Assembly (NCBI RefSeq): GCF_000196355.1
Contig: NC_007614.1
Coordinates: forward strand, 30,001 to 62,000
DNA length: 32,000 nucleotides
DNA from: Nitrosospira multiformis ATCC 25196
GTDB lineage: Bacteria > Pseudomonadota > Gammaproteobacteria > Burkholderiales > Nitrosomonadaceae
Direction of reading: 5' to 3'
Positions 24,842-32,000 of the stretch are shown here, in pieces. The notes beneath the pieces are model-generated. The model made no database searches and had not been told where the DNA came from. It saw only the letters and a program-made list of their open reading frames with translations. The number at the start of each line of letters is the position of its first letter. Position 1 is the stretch's first letter. The position numbers and the translations under genes are program-made.

Positions 24842-25651
24842 ATGGATGCAAACTCGGTGTTGGGCGCGATTACGAAAAGCACTCTTGAACAACTGGGCCA
24901 ACTGATTCGGAACCTCGAAAGATTGGTCGGGTTATTGGATGAATGCCCAATCTCAGCAGGCTTGGAGTCTGAGTGGAATGATGAGTACTGTGAAAAAGTA
25001 TCCAAGCTGGCGCAAGAAGTAGAAGCGCTTGCATACAGTACTCGAATTCCGCAACCCCTTATTCCATTTACCGGATTCTACGATACGTTCGGGATTAAAA
25101 CACATGCTTACGTATCGTTTCTTCATAGTCTTCGTGCAGAGCGCTCGACTTGGCTCCCCCGTCCTGAAGGTTATTTCGGAAACATCGAAGCACTGAAGTT
25201 TCCGGATCAGCTCATTACTTTCCATCAAAGAGTGTACGAAATTTATGATCGCTGGACGAGGGTTGGGGATTTACGCCAGGCAGCGGGCAAGCCGAGTGGA
25301 TATACGCTATCAAGACGATTTGATGAGCATCAGGTTGAAGAACTCAGTAAGACTTCCCGGTTCCGCAGAATGCTTGAAAGCGCTCTTAAAGACGCGTTTA
25401 CCGATGCTGACCAAAAGGAACTTCTAGGGGAAATAACTCATGCGGCGGTTGTGTACGCAAAGGATTTTCGCTTGGAACTCCATGGCATCGCCTCGGTTCT
25501 GGTATGGATCGAGGCTGCCAAGCGTTATGCCCATCATATTAGCGATAATGCGCACAGAATGCAGCATTCTGCTTTGGAGCGTGAGCTCGCGAAGGTGTGG
25601 GATGCAGGAAGAGTTCAGGAAATCCATTCTCTATCATGTAAGAGCCGATAA
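24842..25651 (+). CDS. hypothetical protein (269 aa), no recognisable family
   Basis: GGAAGG SD 5 nt before the ATG. Predicted helical and soluble, with no motif I recognise. GC is lower than the neighbours: two 60-nt lines I counted gave 50% and 45%, vs 62% for a metH line. Confidence 0.55.
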   Translation: MDANSVLGAITKSTLEQLGQLIRNLERLVGLLDECPISAGLESEWNDEYCEKVSKLAQEVEALAYSTRIPQPLIPFTGFYDTFGIKTHAYVSFLHSLRAERSTWLPRPEGYFGNIEALKFPDQLITFHQRVYEIYDRWTRVGDLRQAAGKPSGYTLSRRFDEHQVEELSKTSRFRRMLESALKDAFTDADQKELLGEITHAAVVYAKDFRLELHGIASVLVWIEAAKRYAHHISDNAHRMQHSALERELAKVWDAGRVQEIHSLSCKSR

Positions 25652-25668
25652 TCTGATTATTTTTAATT

Positions 25669-26367
25669 TTAATTTGCGCCAAAAAAGTCTCCCTCTTGTT
25701 CTGAAATCAACGGACGAAACAATTCTTCCCCCTGATTCACTACCTTGCCCACTGCCTGGGTTACAGGCCATGCCTGCATCCTGTTCTCATCACAGGGCTT
25801 GAGCAGGGATAGCAGGATCTCATTCCTCCTCAGGTCCGGGTCAAGCCATGTATCCCAGGCATCCTCGGGAAGTATGACCGGCATCCGATCATGGATCGGC
25901 TGCATCAGCGCATTGCACCCGGTCGTGATGATGGCGCAACTTTCTTTTGCTTCTCCCGTATCGGTGACCCAGGTTTCGTATATGCCGGCGAATGAAAATG
26001 GTGCGCCGTCGCGGCTGGATATAAAGTACGGCTGCTTGCGCCGGCTCTCCGTTTTCCATTCGAAGAACCCGGAAGCGGGGATCAGGCAGCGCCGCTGGCG
26101 GAAGGGCTGTCTGAACGCAGGTTTTTCGGCTACCGTTTCTGCCCTGGCATTATTCAATACCGGCAGCTTCTTCACATCCTTGATCCAGTAAGGAATGAGG
26201 CCCCAGCGCATCATGGAGCCCATGCGGCCGCTGTCAGTATCGCGTATGGCGAGTATTTCCATGGTGGGCGCAATGTTGTAGCGGGGTTTCAGTTCCGGCA
26301 TGAATGAAGCGCGGTACCACTCCGCCAATACAGGATCAGGATGGTTCAAGCCGTAGCGGCCACACAT
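25669..26367 (-). CDS. SOS-response-associated peptidase (SRAP/YedK family, abasic-site DNA-protein crosslinking)
   Basis: 232 aa starting MCGRYGL (catalytic Cys2). YNIAPT, NARAETVAEKPAFR, GFFEWK and PVILPEDAWDTWLDP are all family-typical. Confidence 0.9.
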   Translation of the reverse strand: MCGRYGLNHPDPVLAEWYRASFMPELKPRYNIAPTMEILAIRDTDSGRMGSMMRWGLIPYWIKDVKKLPVLNNARAETVAEKPAFRQPFRQRRCLIPASGFFEWKTESRRKQPYFISSRDGAPFSFAGIYETWVTDTGEAKESCAIITTGCNALMQPIHDRMPVILPEDAWDTWLDPDLRRNEILLSLLKPCDENRMQAWPVTQAVGKVVNQGEELFRPLISEQEGDFFGAN

Positions 26368-26538
26368 TTTCAGCTATCCTTTCGAGACAGGTCATACTTT
26401 TTTCATATTGCATCCGGCCGCTTGGCAAACATTCTGCCCCTTGGGTTCATGACTTCCCCTGCCTCGCCTTCATAGGGGCTTCAATCCTCGCCCCGTTATG
26501 GGTGTCCGGGGGAGAAACAAGCTTGCTCGCCGTTCCTG

Positions 26539-28701
26539 TCACTCCTTCACGCGGCTGATCTTCGCCACTTCAGGAATCCGCCTCAAACTGCGAATCACTT
26601 GTGCCAGATGATGACGATTGCGTACCTGCAAGACGAAATTCATATTGGTATATGCGCCATCGCCCTCCATGGCGACATTATCGATATTGGAATCCGCATC
26701 AGCGATGGCTGCCGCCACCCTGGCGAGTACTCCTCGCTGGTTGGCCACCATCAGCTTGATACCCACTTCGAACTGCCGGTCGATGTCCTTGCCCCAGGCC
26801 ACATCCAGCCAATTGTCCGAACTGCCCTTGTTTTTGGTTACTGCCGGACAGTCATCGGTATGGATTACGAGCCCCTGATCTTTCTTGATAAACGCTATAA
26901 CCGGGTCACCGGGAATAGGCCGGCAGCACCTGGCAAATTGTACGGCCATGCCCTCGGTACCGAGTATCGTGATGACATCCGTAGCTCCGCTCGCCCCGAG
27001 AGTGGATTCGCCGGGTGAAGCCGCAAGCCGCCGTGCAATCACTGCCGGTAAATGCTTACCCAGGCCCATATCCGCCAGCAAATCGGTTCTGGATTTGGCG
27101 CCGCTTTCACGCGTCAGTTTTTCCCACTGCGCCTCGCTGATTGTCTGCGGATCGACCTTGAGCGTGGCGAATGCCTGATTCAACAGACGCTCCCCGAGCT
27201 TCGCCGATTCCTCGTATTGCATGGTCTTGAGAAAACGCCGGATATGCGAGCGCGCCTTGCCGGTAACGACGTAATTCAGCCACGCCGGATTAGGCTTGGC
27301 ATGGGAGGCGGTTACAATTTCCACACGGTCTCCGCTTCTGAGCACTGTGCGCAGCGGCGCATTCTCCCCGTTTATTTTTGCCGCAACACAACAATCGCCG
27401 ATGTCCGTATGCACCGCATAGGCGAAATCCACCGCAGTCGACCCCTTGGGCAGTGCCAGTATCTCGCCCTGGGGCGTAAAGACGTAGACCTCGCCGGGAA
27501 ACAGGTCAACCTTGATGTGTTCCAGAAATTCCAGCGAATCGGTGGAATCACTCATGGTTTCGAGCAGGCTCTGCAACCACTGATGGGTTTTCATGTTCAA
27601 ATCGTTCAGATCCGCGTCGGAGCTCTTGTAGAGCCAGTGCGAGGCAACGCCGGCCTCTGCAATCCGGTGCATTTCCGGTGTCCGGATCTGGATTTCGATC
27701 GGCGTGCCGTAAGGCCCCCATAAGGTGCTGTGCAGGGACTGGTAGCCGTTGGCCTTGGGGATGGCGATGTAATCCTTGAATTTCCCGGGAATGGGATTGT
27801 AGAGGCTGTGCAGTGCGCCCAGCGCGATGTAGCACGAGGCCACATCCTTTACGATGACGCGAAAACCATAGATATCCAGAATCTCGGAAAACGAAAGATG
27901 CTTCTCCACCATCTTCTTGTAGATGCTGTAGAGCTGTTTCTCGCGGCCGGTTACTTCCGCATCCAACCCTGCGGTCTTCAGGCGCTGCTTCATAGTCTCG
28001 AGGATTTTCGTCACCATTTCGCGGCGGTTTCCGCGCGCCGCCCTGGTGGCGTTGGTCAGAACCCGATAGCGCCTCGGATACAGATAACGGAAGCTTAAGT
28101 CCTGTAATTCATGGTAAATATTGTTGAGCCCAAGCCGATTGGCAATAGGCGCGTAGATCTCCATGGTTTCACGGGCGATGCGCCGCTTTTTCTCCGGCCG
28201 CATGGCCTCCAGGGTGCGCATATTGTGCAACCGATCCGCCAGCTTGATGAGAATGACGCGCACATCCCGCGCCATTGCCAGCAGCATTTTGCGGAAATTC
28301 TCCGCCTGCGCATCCGCGTGGCTCTGGAATTCGATCTTGTCCAGCTTGGAAACACCGTCCACCAGTTCGGCGACCGACTTGCCAAAGCGATCCCCGATCT
28401 CAGCTTTGGAAACGTGCGTATCTTCCATCACGTCGTGCAGCAGCGCTGCCGCCAGCGTCTGGCTGTCGAGGCGCAGTTTGCCCAGGATGCTGGCTACTGC
28501 CAGGGGATGAGAGATATAAGGTTCGCCGGATTGGCGGAATTGGCCCGAGTGGGCGCTCTGACTGAAGAGATAGGCGTTCTGAAGCTCGGATACGTCTTCC
28601 CGCGTGAGATAGCTGGAGAGTTCGTGAAAAAGGAAACTCGCCTCGGGCAAAGTAGCAGAAGAACTGGACAGACCTCGCGCCTGCATCGTCATTTCCTTCA
28701 T
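26539..28701 (-). CDS. spoT: bifunctional (p)ppGpp synthetase / hydrolase
   Basis: 720 aa. HD hydrolase motifs (ISHPLAVA, LLHDVMEDT), synthetase motif KFKDYIAIPKANGYQSLHS, and TGS and ACT regions. Directly downstream of rpoZ, the classic gmk-rpoZ-spoT order. The start may instead be the third ATG (28686). Confidence 0.9.
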   Translation of the reverse strand: MKEMTMQARGLSSSSATLPEASFLFHELSSYLTREDVSELQNAYLFSQSAHSGQFRQSGEPYISHPLAVASILGKLRLDSQTLAAALLHDVMEDTHVSKAEIGDRFGKSVAELVDGVSKLDKIEFQSHADAQAENFRKMLLAMARDVRVILIKLADRLHNMRTLEAMRPEKKRRIARETMEIYAPIANRLGLNNIYHELQDLSFRYLYPRRYRVLTNATRAARGNRREMVTKILETMKQRLKTAGLDAEVTGREKQLYSIYKKMVEKHLSFSEILDIYGFRVIVKDVASCYIALGALHSLYNPIPGKFKDYIAIPKANGYQSLHSTLWGPYGTPIEIQIRTPEMHRIAEAGVASHWLYKSSDADLNDLNMKTHQWLQSLLETMSDSTDSLEFLEHIKVDLFPGEVYVFTPQGEILALPKGSTAVDFAYAVHTDIGDCCVAAKINGENAPLRTVLRSGDRVEIVTASHAKPNPAWLNYVVTGKARSHIRRFLKTMQYEESAKLGERLLNQAFATLKVDPQTISEAQWEKLTRESGAKSRTDLLADMGLGKHLPAVIARRLAASPGESTLGASGATDVITILGTEGMAVQFARCCRPIPGDPVIAFIKKDQGLVIHTDDCPAVTKNKGSSDNWLDVAWGKDIDRQFEVGIKLMVANQRGVLARVAAAIADADSNIDNVAMEGDGAYTNMNFVLQVRNRHHLAQVIRSLRRIPEVAKISRVKE

Positions 28702-28819
28702 TTCATTCCATTAACATACGTTCCGGAATGGCAGCGGTATCCTCACTTGATGATTGATCGTCAGTCTACTTGTTACGCGATGAAACCGGTTTTTTTCCTT
28801 ACCGGTAGCACTTGAACAC

Positions 28820-29026
28820 CTAAATTGGGCCAGTCGTGAGGATATCCGTTCCAACCAGGCCTTGTGAAATTTCCCGCAGCGCAATCACGGTCGGTTTATC
28901 CCGCGCCGGTTCCACCATCGGGCTTCCGCCCACTGAAAGTTGGCGCGCCCGAATGGTTGCAACGAGGGTCATATCGAAGCGATTGGGAATTTTTTTCAGA
29001 CAGTCGTCAACAGTGATGCGTGCCAT
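28820..29026 (-). CDS. rpoZ: DNA-directed RNA polymerase subunit omega
   Basis: 68 aa. [30 protein letters not shown] is canonical omega. Confidence 0.95.
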   Translation of the reverse strand: MARITVDDCLKKIPNRFDMTLVATIRARQLSVGGSPMVEPARDKPTVIALREISQGLVGTDILTTGPI

Positions 29027-29208
29027 GATTTCCTTTACCAGGATATAAGGAAATTACAGTATAGAGTGTCTGGTTGTGGAAAGGCAACCCGGAGGGCATT
29101 TCAAGCACTTCATTTTACACGACAAAGGTATAGGCTGTTGCTACCGCTGATGGTTCTATGAAACTTTCGGGGGAGGCAGAGGTGGGTATGTCCGCGTGCT
29201 TGTGCGGT

Positions 29209-29841
29209 TTATAAAACGGACGTGCGGGTAAGCTGCGCCAGCAGACCATGGTGGCGGACAAGCTGCTTTGCCGTTTTCAGGCGCTCCGCCTGTATGATAC
29301 ATTTCAGGTCCTGCAACGCCCTGTCCAGCTTGTCGTTGATGATGATGTAGTTATACTCTCCCGCATGACTCAACTCCTCACGCGCCGCCGCCAGCCGGCG
29401 GCTGATCGCTTCGAGGCTGTCCTGGGCTCGCTGGCGCAAGCGCATTTCCAGTACTTCGAGTGATGGCGGCAAAACAAAAATGCCCACCGCCACGGGGAAA
29501 ACCGCCCGCACTTGACGCGCCCCCTGACTGTCTATTTCCAGCAGAATGTCGCGCCCCGACGTCATGGTTTCATTGATCCATTTTTTCGAAGTGCCGTAGA
29601 AATTCCCGTAGAGTTCCGCGCTTTCCAGGAACTCGTCCTCTTGCAGTTTCTGCTCGAATACTTGGCGCGTTACGAAATGATAATCGCGTCCGTCCATTTC
29701 TTCGGGGCGAGGCTGCCGTGAGGTGTATGAAATAGACAGGCTGAGGTCGATACCCGTTTGCAGCAGGGCCTTGACCAGACTGGTCTTGCCAGCTCCCGAC
29801 GGCGCGCTGATGATATAGAGAGTACCCGGCGTTGTAGTCAT
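29209..29841 (-). CDS. gmk: guanylate kinase
   Basis: 210 aa. P-loop LYIISAPSGAGKTSLVKALL, YTSRQPRPEEMDGRDYHFV, and a conserved operon position. Confidence 0.95.
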   Translation of the reverse strand: MTTTPGTLYIISAPSGAGKTSLVKALLQTGIDLSLSISYTSRQPRPEEMDGRDYHFVTRQVFEQKLQEDEFLESAELYGNFYGTSKKWINETMTSGRDILLEIDSQGARQVRAVFPVAVGIFVLPPSLEVLEMRLRQRAQDSLEAISRRLAAAREELSHAGEYNYIIINDKLDRALQDLKCIIQAERLKTAKQLVRHHGLLAQLTRTSVL

Positions 29842-30013
29842 TGGTCAGGCCTGTTGAAATCCCTCTTCAGCAATACGTGAGTGTTACGGTTTTTGTTTCT
29901 GATTGCCTCGCGCTCTTTCCGAAGGCTTCCGCCCGGTCAAGGGTCGAAAGCAGAGTGTAACAGCTTCCACAACTCAACGAGTTTCAGGATTTTACCCGCC
30001 TCTATCCCTTCGC

Positions 30014-30454
30014 CTAGCCCAAAGCCTGGGATCGCGTCCAGCGCACGATATCCTGTGTTGTCATTGCGCCCGCCTGGCGCGCAAGTTCCCGGCCGTCCTT
30101 GAACAGGATGAGTGTCGGAATACTGCGAATGCGATACTGCGCGCCGACTGTTTGTTCCACATCGGTATTCACCTTCGCGAGGCGAACATGGGGCTCAAGC
30201 AGAGCCGCCGCTTCTTTGAAGGCTGGCGCCATCATTTTGCAGGGTCCGCACCACGGTGCCCAGAAATCGACCAGCACTGGAACATCGTTTTTATTAATGT
30301 AGCGTGCGAAGGTTGAACCGGTTAATTCCAATGGCTGGCCGGCGAATATCGGCTGATGGCATTGTCCGCAGTTGGGCTGCTCGCCGAGGCGCGCAGTGGG
30401 GACACGGTTAATCGAGTGACAATGAGGGCAGACGAGATGCAGGGAATCACTCAT
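30014..30454 (-). CDS. trxC: thioredoxin 2 (zinc-finger N-terminal extension)
   Basis: 146 aa. N-terminal CPHC...CGQC zinc finger plus active site WAPWCGPCK. Resembles E. coli TrxC from memory. Confidence 0.9.
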   Translation of the reverse strand: MSDSLHLVCPHCHSINRVPTARLGEQPNCGQCHQPIFAGQPLELTGSTFARYINKNDVPVLVDFWAPWCGPCKMMAPAFKEAAALLEPHVRLAKVNTDVEQTVGAQYRIRSIPTLILFKDGRELARQAGAMTTQDIVRWTRSQALG

Positions 30455-30898
30455 AAGAATTTACACATATCATCCAATAATTCCAATAATAGCCGGTAAA
30501 CCGGGTACTTCCGTTTTCAATCCAGGACGATGACTATTTGCGGCGGGGAGTCACGCGGTAGCGGCAAAAAACATGACCAATGTTATTTATACATTCAACT
30601 ACCGATTTTCCTGCGGCTATTCGATATTGCACCTGAACTAGAACTATACAGCCCAGGTGCTCATGGATACTAGCTTTAAGATACTCAATCTTTGCTATGG
30701 GTACACACGGGGGTACACACCTTATCCAGTTCACTACGAATTAGCCACCAGATTTGCCCTTTTCAATATAAAGCAAATAACGTCGAAAGACGAGTTTCCG
30801 GAGGAACAAATAGGGCACACCTACACCCATCAAGAATATGAGTGTAGTAGCCCCCAATTGAACCGGACACAGATGCACTGATGATAGGAGATAGGCAT

Positions 30899-31306
30899 AT
30901 GCCTGGTGCTATGCATAGTGCTTCAGGTTTGGATCGTATTGAAATCGTCACCGGGATCGAGCGCCGCAGGCGCTGGAGCCTGGGTGAGAAATTAAAAGCT
31001 GTTGAGGAATCCCGCTTGCCGGGCATGAGTGTCTCGTATGTGGCGCGAAAATATGGTATTGCTCCGAGCTTGTTATTTCGCTGGAGGAAGCTCATGACTG
31101 AAGGAGGCAAGGAAGCTGTTCGTAGCGATGATGCGGTAGTGTCTGCGGCCGAGGTGAAAGAGTTGAAGAAGCGGATCCGGGAGTTGGAGCGGGTTCTGGG
31201 CAAGAAAACCCTGGAGAACGAGATTCTCACGGAAGCGGTGAAGCTTGCGCATGAAAAAAAACTGATCTCGCGCATGCCCTTGCTGCCACCGGACGATTTG
31301 CCATGA
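30899..31306 (+). CDS. IS3-family transposase OrfA (HTH), IS2 InsC-like
   Basis: MPGAMHSASGLDRIEIVTGIERRRRWSLGEKLKAVEESRLPGMSVSYVARKYGIAPSLLFRWRK... plus a leucine-zipper region VKELKKRIRELERVLGKKTLENEIL. AGGAG lies 9 nt before ATG 30899; ATG 30881 or 30911 is also possible. Confidence 0.85.
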   Translation: MPGAMHSASGLDRIEIVTGIERRRRWSLGEKLKAVEESRLPGMSVSYVARKYGIAPSLLFRWRKLMTEGGKEAVRSDDAVVSAAEVKELKKRIRELERVLGKKTLENEILTEAVKLAHEKKLISRMPLLPPDDLP

Positions 31307-32000
31307 AGGCCATTGCAGACACCATGGGTGTGGCGCGCTCCCGTCTTGTGGAACGGATGAAGCCGCAGGAAAAGTCTTTTCGTTGCCGCTACAACAAGGC
31401 TGATGATGCCTGGCTGTTGCCCTTGATCCGCGAAATTGTGGATTGCCGCGCGACCTACGGATACAGAAGGATTTGCGCTCTCCTTAACCGCAAACTGGAG
31501 AGAATGGGCAAGCCTGCTGTCAATCACAAGCGGGTCTATCGCATCATGCGCCAGAATGGCCTGCTGCTGGCCCGATATACGGGCAAACAGCGCGTGCTGT
31601 CTCATGAAGGCAAGGTCATTACCTTGCGTTCCAATTTGCGCTGGTGTTCGGATGGTTTTGAGATTCCCTGCTGGAATGGGCAAGTAGTGCGTGTTGCCTT
31701 CGCCCTGGATTGCTGTGATCGTGAAGTCATCAGCCATGTTGCCACCACTGGCGGCATTACTGGGGAAATGGTGCGCGATCTGATGACTGAATCCGTTGAG
31801 CGGCGCTTCGGCACCGTTGACCTGCTCCCACACAGGGTGGAGTGGCTCAGCGACAATGGCAGCTGTTACACCGCCAGCGAGACAACTGCTTTTGCAAAGG
31901 ATATGGGCTTCATCAGCTGTTTTACTCCCGTCAGAAGTCCCGAATCCAACGGTATGGCCGAGGCCTTCGTCAAAACCTTCAAGCGGGATTACGTCTATGT
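31303..32000 (+). CDS. IS3-family transposase OrfB (rve/DDE integrase core), 3' end off window
   Basis: Not in the ORF track because it stays open to the window edge. In the -1 frame relative to orfA. My translation: MKAIADTMGVARS...ATYGYRRICALLNRKL...NHKRVYRIMRQNGLLL...RWCSDGFEI...RVAFALDCCDREVISH...VEWLSDNGSCYTA...RSPESNGMAEAFVKTFKRDYVY. Closely parallels IS2 InsD from memory. Confidence 0.85.
   Translation, partial: MKAIADTMGVARSRLVERMKPQEKSFRCRYNKADDAWLLPLIREIVDCRATYGYRRICALLNRKLERMGKPAVNHKRVYRIMRQNGLLLARYTGKQRVLSHEGKVITLRSNLRWCSDGFEIPCWNGQVVRVAFALDCCDREVISHVATTGGITGEMVRDLMTESVERRFGTVDLLPHRVEWLSDNGSCYTASETTAFAKDMGFISCFTPVRSPESNGMAEAFVKTFKRDYVY

Larger units (their letters stand above)
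30859..32000 (+). mobile_element. IS3-family (IS2-group) insertion sequence, truncated by the window edge; left boundary uncertain
   Basis: orfA/orfB architecture with an A8 -1 frameshift site (31254..31261). The candidate left end TGAACCGGACACAG at 30859 has an IS3-type TG start. An alternative end near 30749 (CAGATTTGCCC) resembles the IS2 terminus as I recall it. The right end is outside the window, so the inverted repeat cannot be confirmed. Confidence 0.75.

Noticed and set aside
28771-28800. ACCGGT-N10-ACCGGT hairpin between rpoZ and spoT
   Set aside because: It is only 6 bp, within an operon where read-through is expected. I cannot distinguish it from chance.
27052-28815. 223-aa and 234-aa ORFs (+) opposite spoT
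   Set aside because: They are antisense to an unambiguous RelA/SpoT-family gene. Artefacts.
30534-30881. 66-aa ORF (-) and 74-aa ORF (+) in the trxC-IS spacer
   Set aside because: They lie in AT-rich DNA, with no SD and an implausible composition (Cys/Tyr/His-rich). They are likely non-coding promoter or IS-flank sequence.
30763-31833. 356-aa ORF (-) across the IS2-type element
   Set aside because: It is antisense to the clearly homologous OrfA/OrfB transposase frames. Artefact.
23937-32000. Composite transposon bounded by the two IS elements
   Set aside because: The two IS belong to different families (IS5 vs IS3), and the intervening genes (spoT, rpoZ, gmk, trxC) are core housekeeping genes in conserved order.

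Overview
A 32-kb chromosomal segment from a Gram-negative, proteobacterial-type genome, mid-50s %GC by eye; I cannot assign a taxon. Most of it is ordinary: two small glycine-zipper lipoproteins, a DUF445 membrane protein, a flavin amine/amino-acid oxidase-family protein, a bacterial type IB topoisomerase, a VOC/bleomycin-resistance-like gene, a TetR + RND adaptor + RND pump efflux locus with no outer-membrane factor, a PEP-CTERM protein, metH, an SRAP (YedK-like) gene, the gmk-rpoZ-spoT operon and trxC. There are two insertion sequences: a complete IS5-family/IS427-type element right after metH, and an IS3-family/IS2-type element cut by the right window edge. Both have A8 -1 frameshift sites. 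I saw no tRNA, rRNA or CRISPR array. The part worth attention is 2.4-9.6 kb. A P2-type (SERCA-like) cation ATPase carries an N-terminal HMA-like domain that lacks the CxxC motif. It is translationally coupled to a divergent MetK/MAT-fold protein with altered catalytic motifs. This pair converges on four small, strongly SD-preceded genes. Two of them are stand-alone copies of the same CxxC-less HMA-like domain (one membrane-anchored). One is a TM + low-complexity protein, possibly DUF5132-like. One has seven tandem 22-residue repeats. I know of no characterised system with this composition. Function is unknown, and everything beyond the sequence observations is inference. A low-GC orphan gene next to the IS, and overlapping palindromes in front of the flavoprotein gene, are secondary leads.
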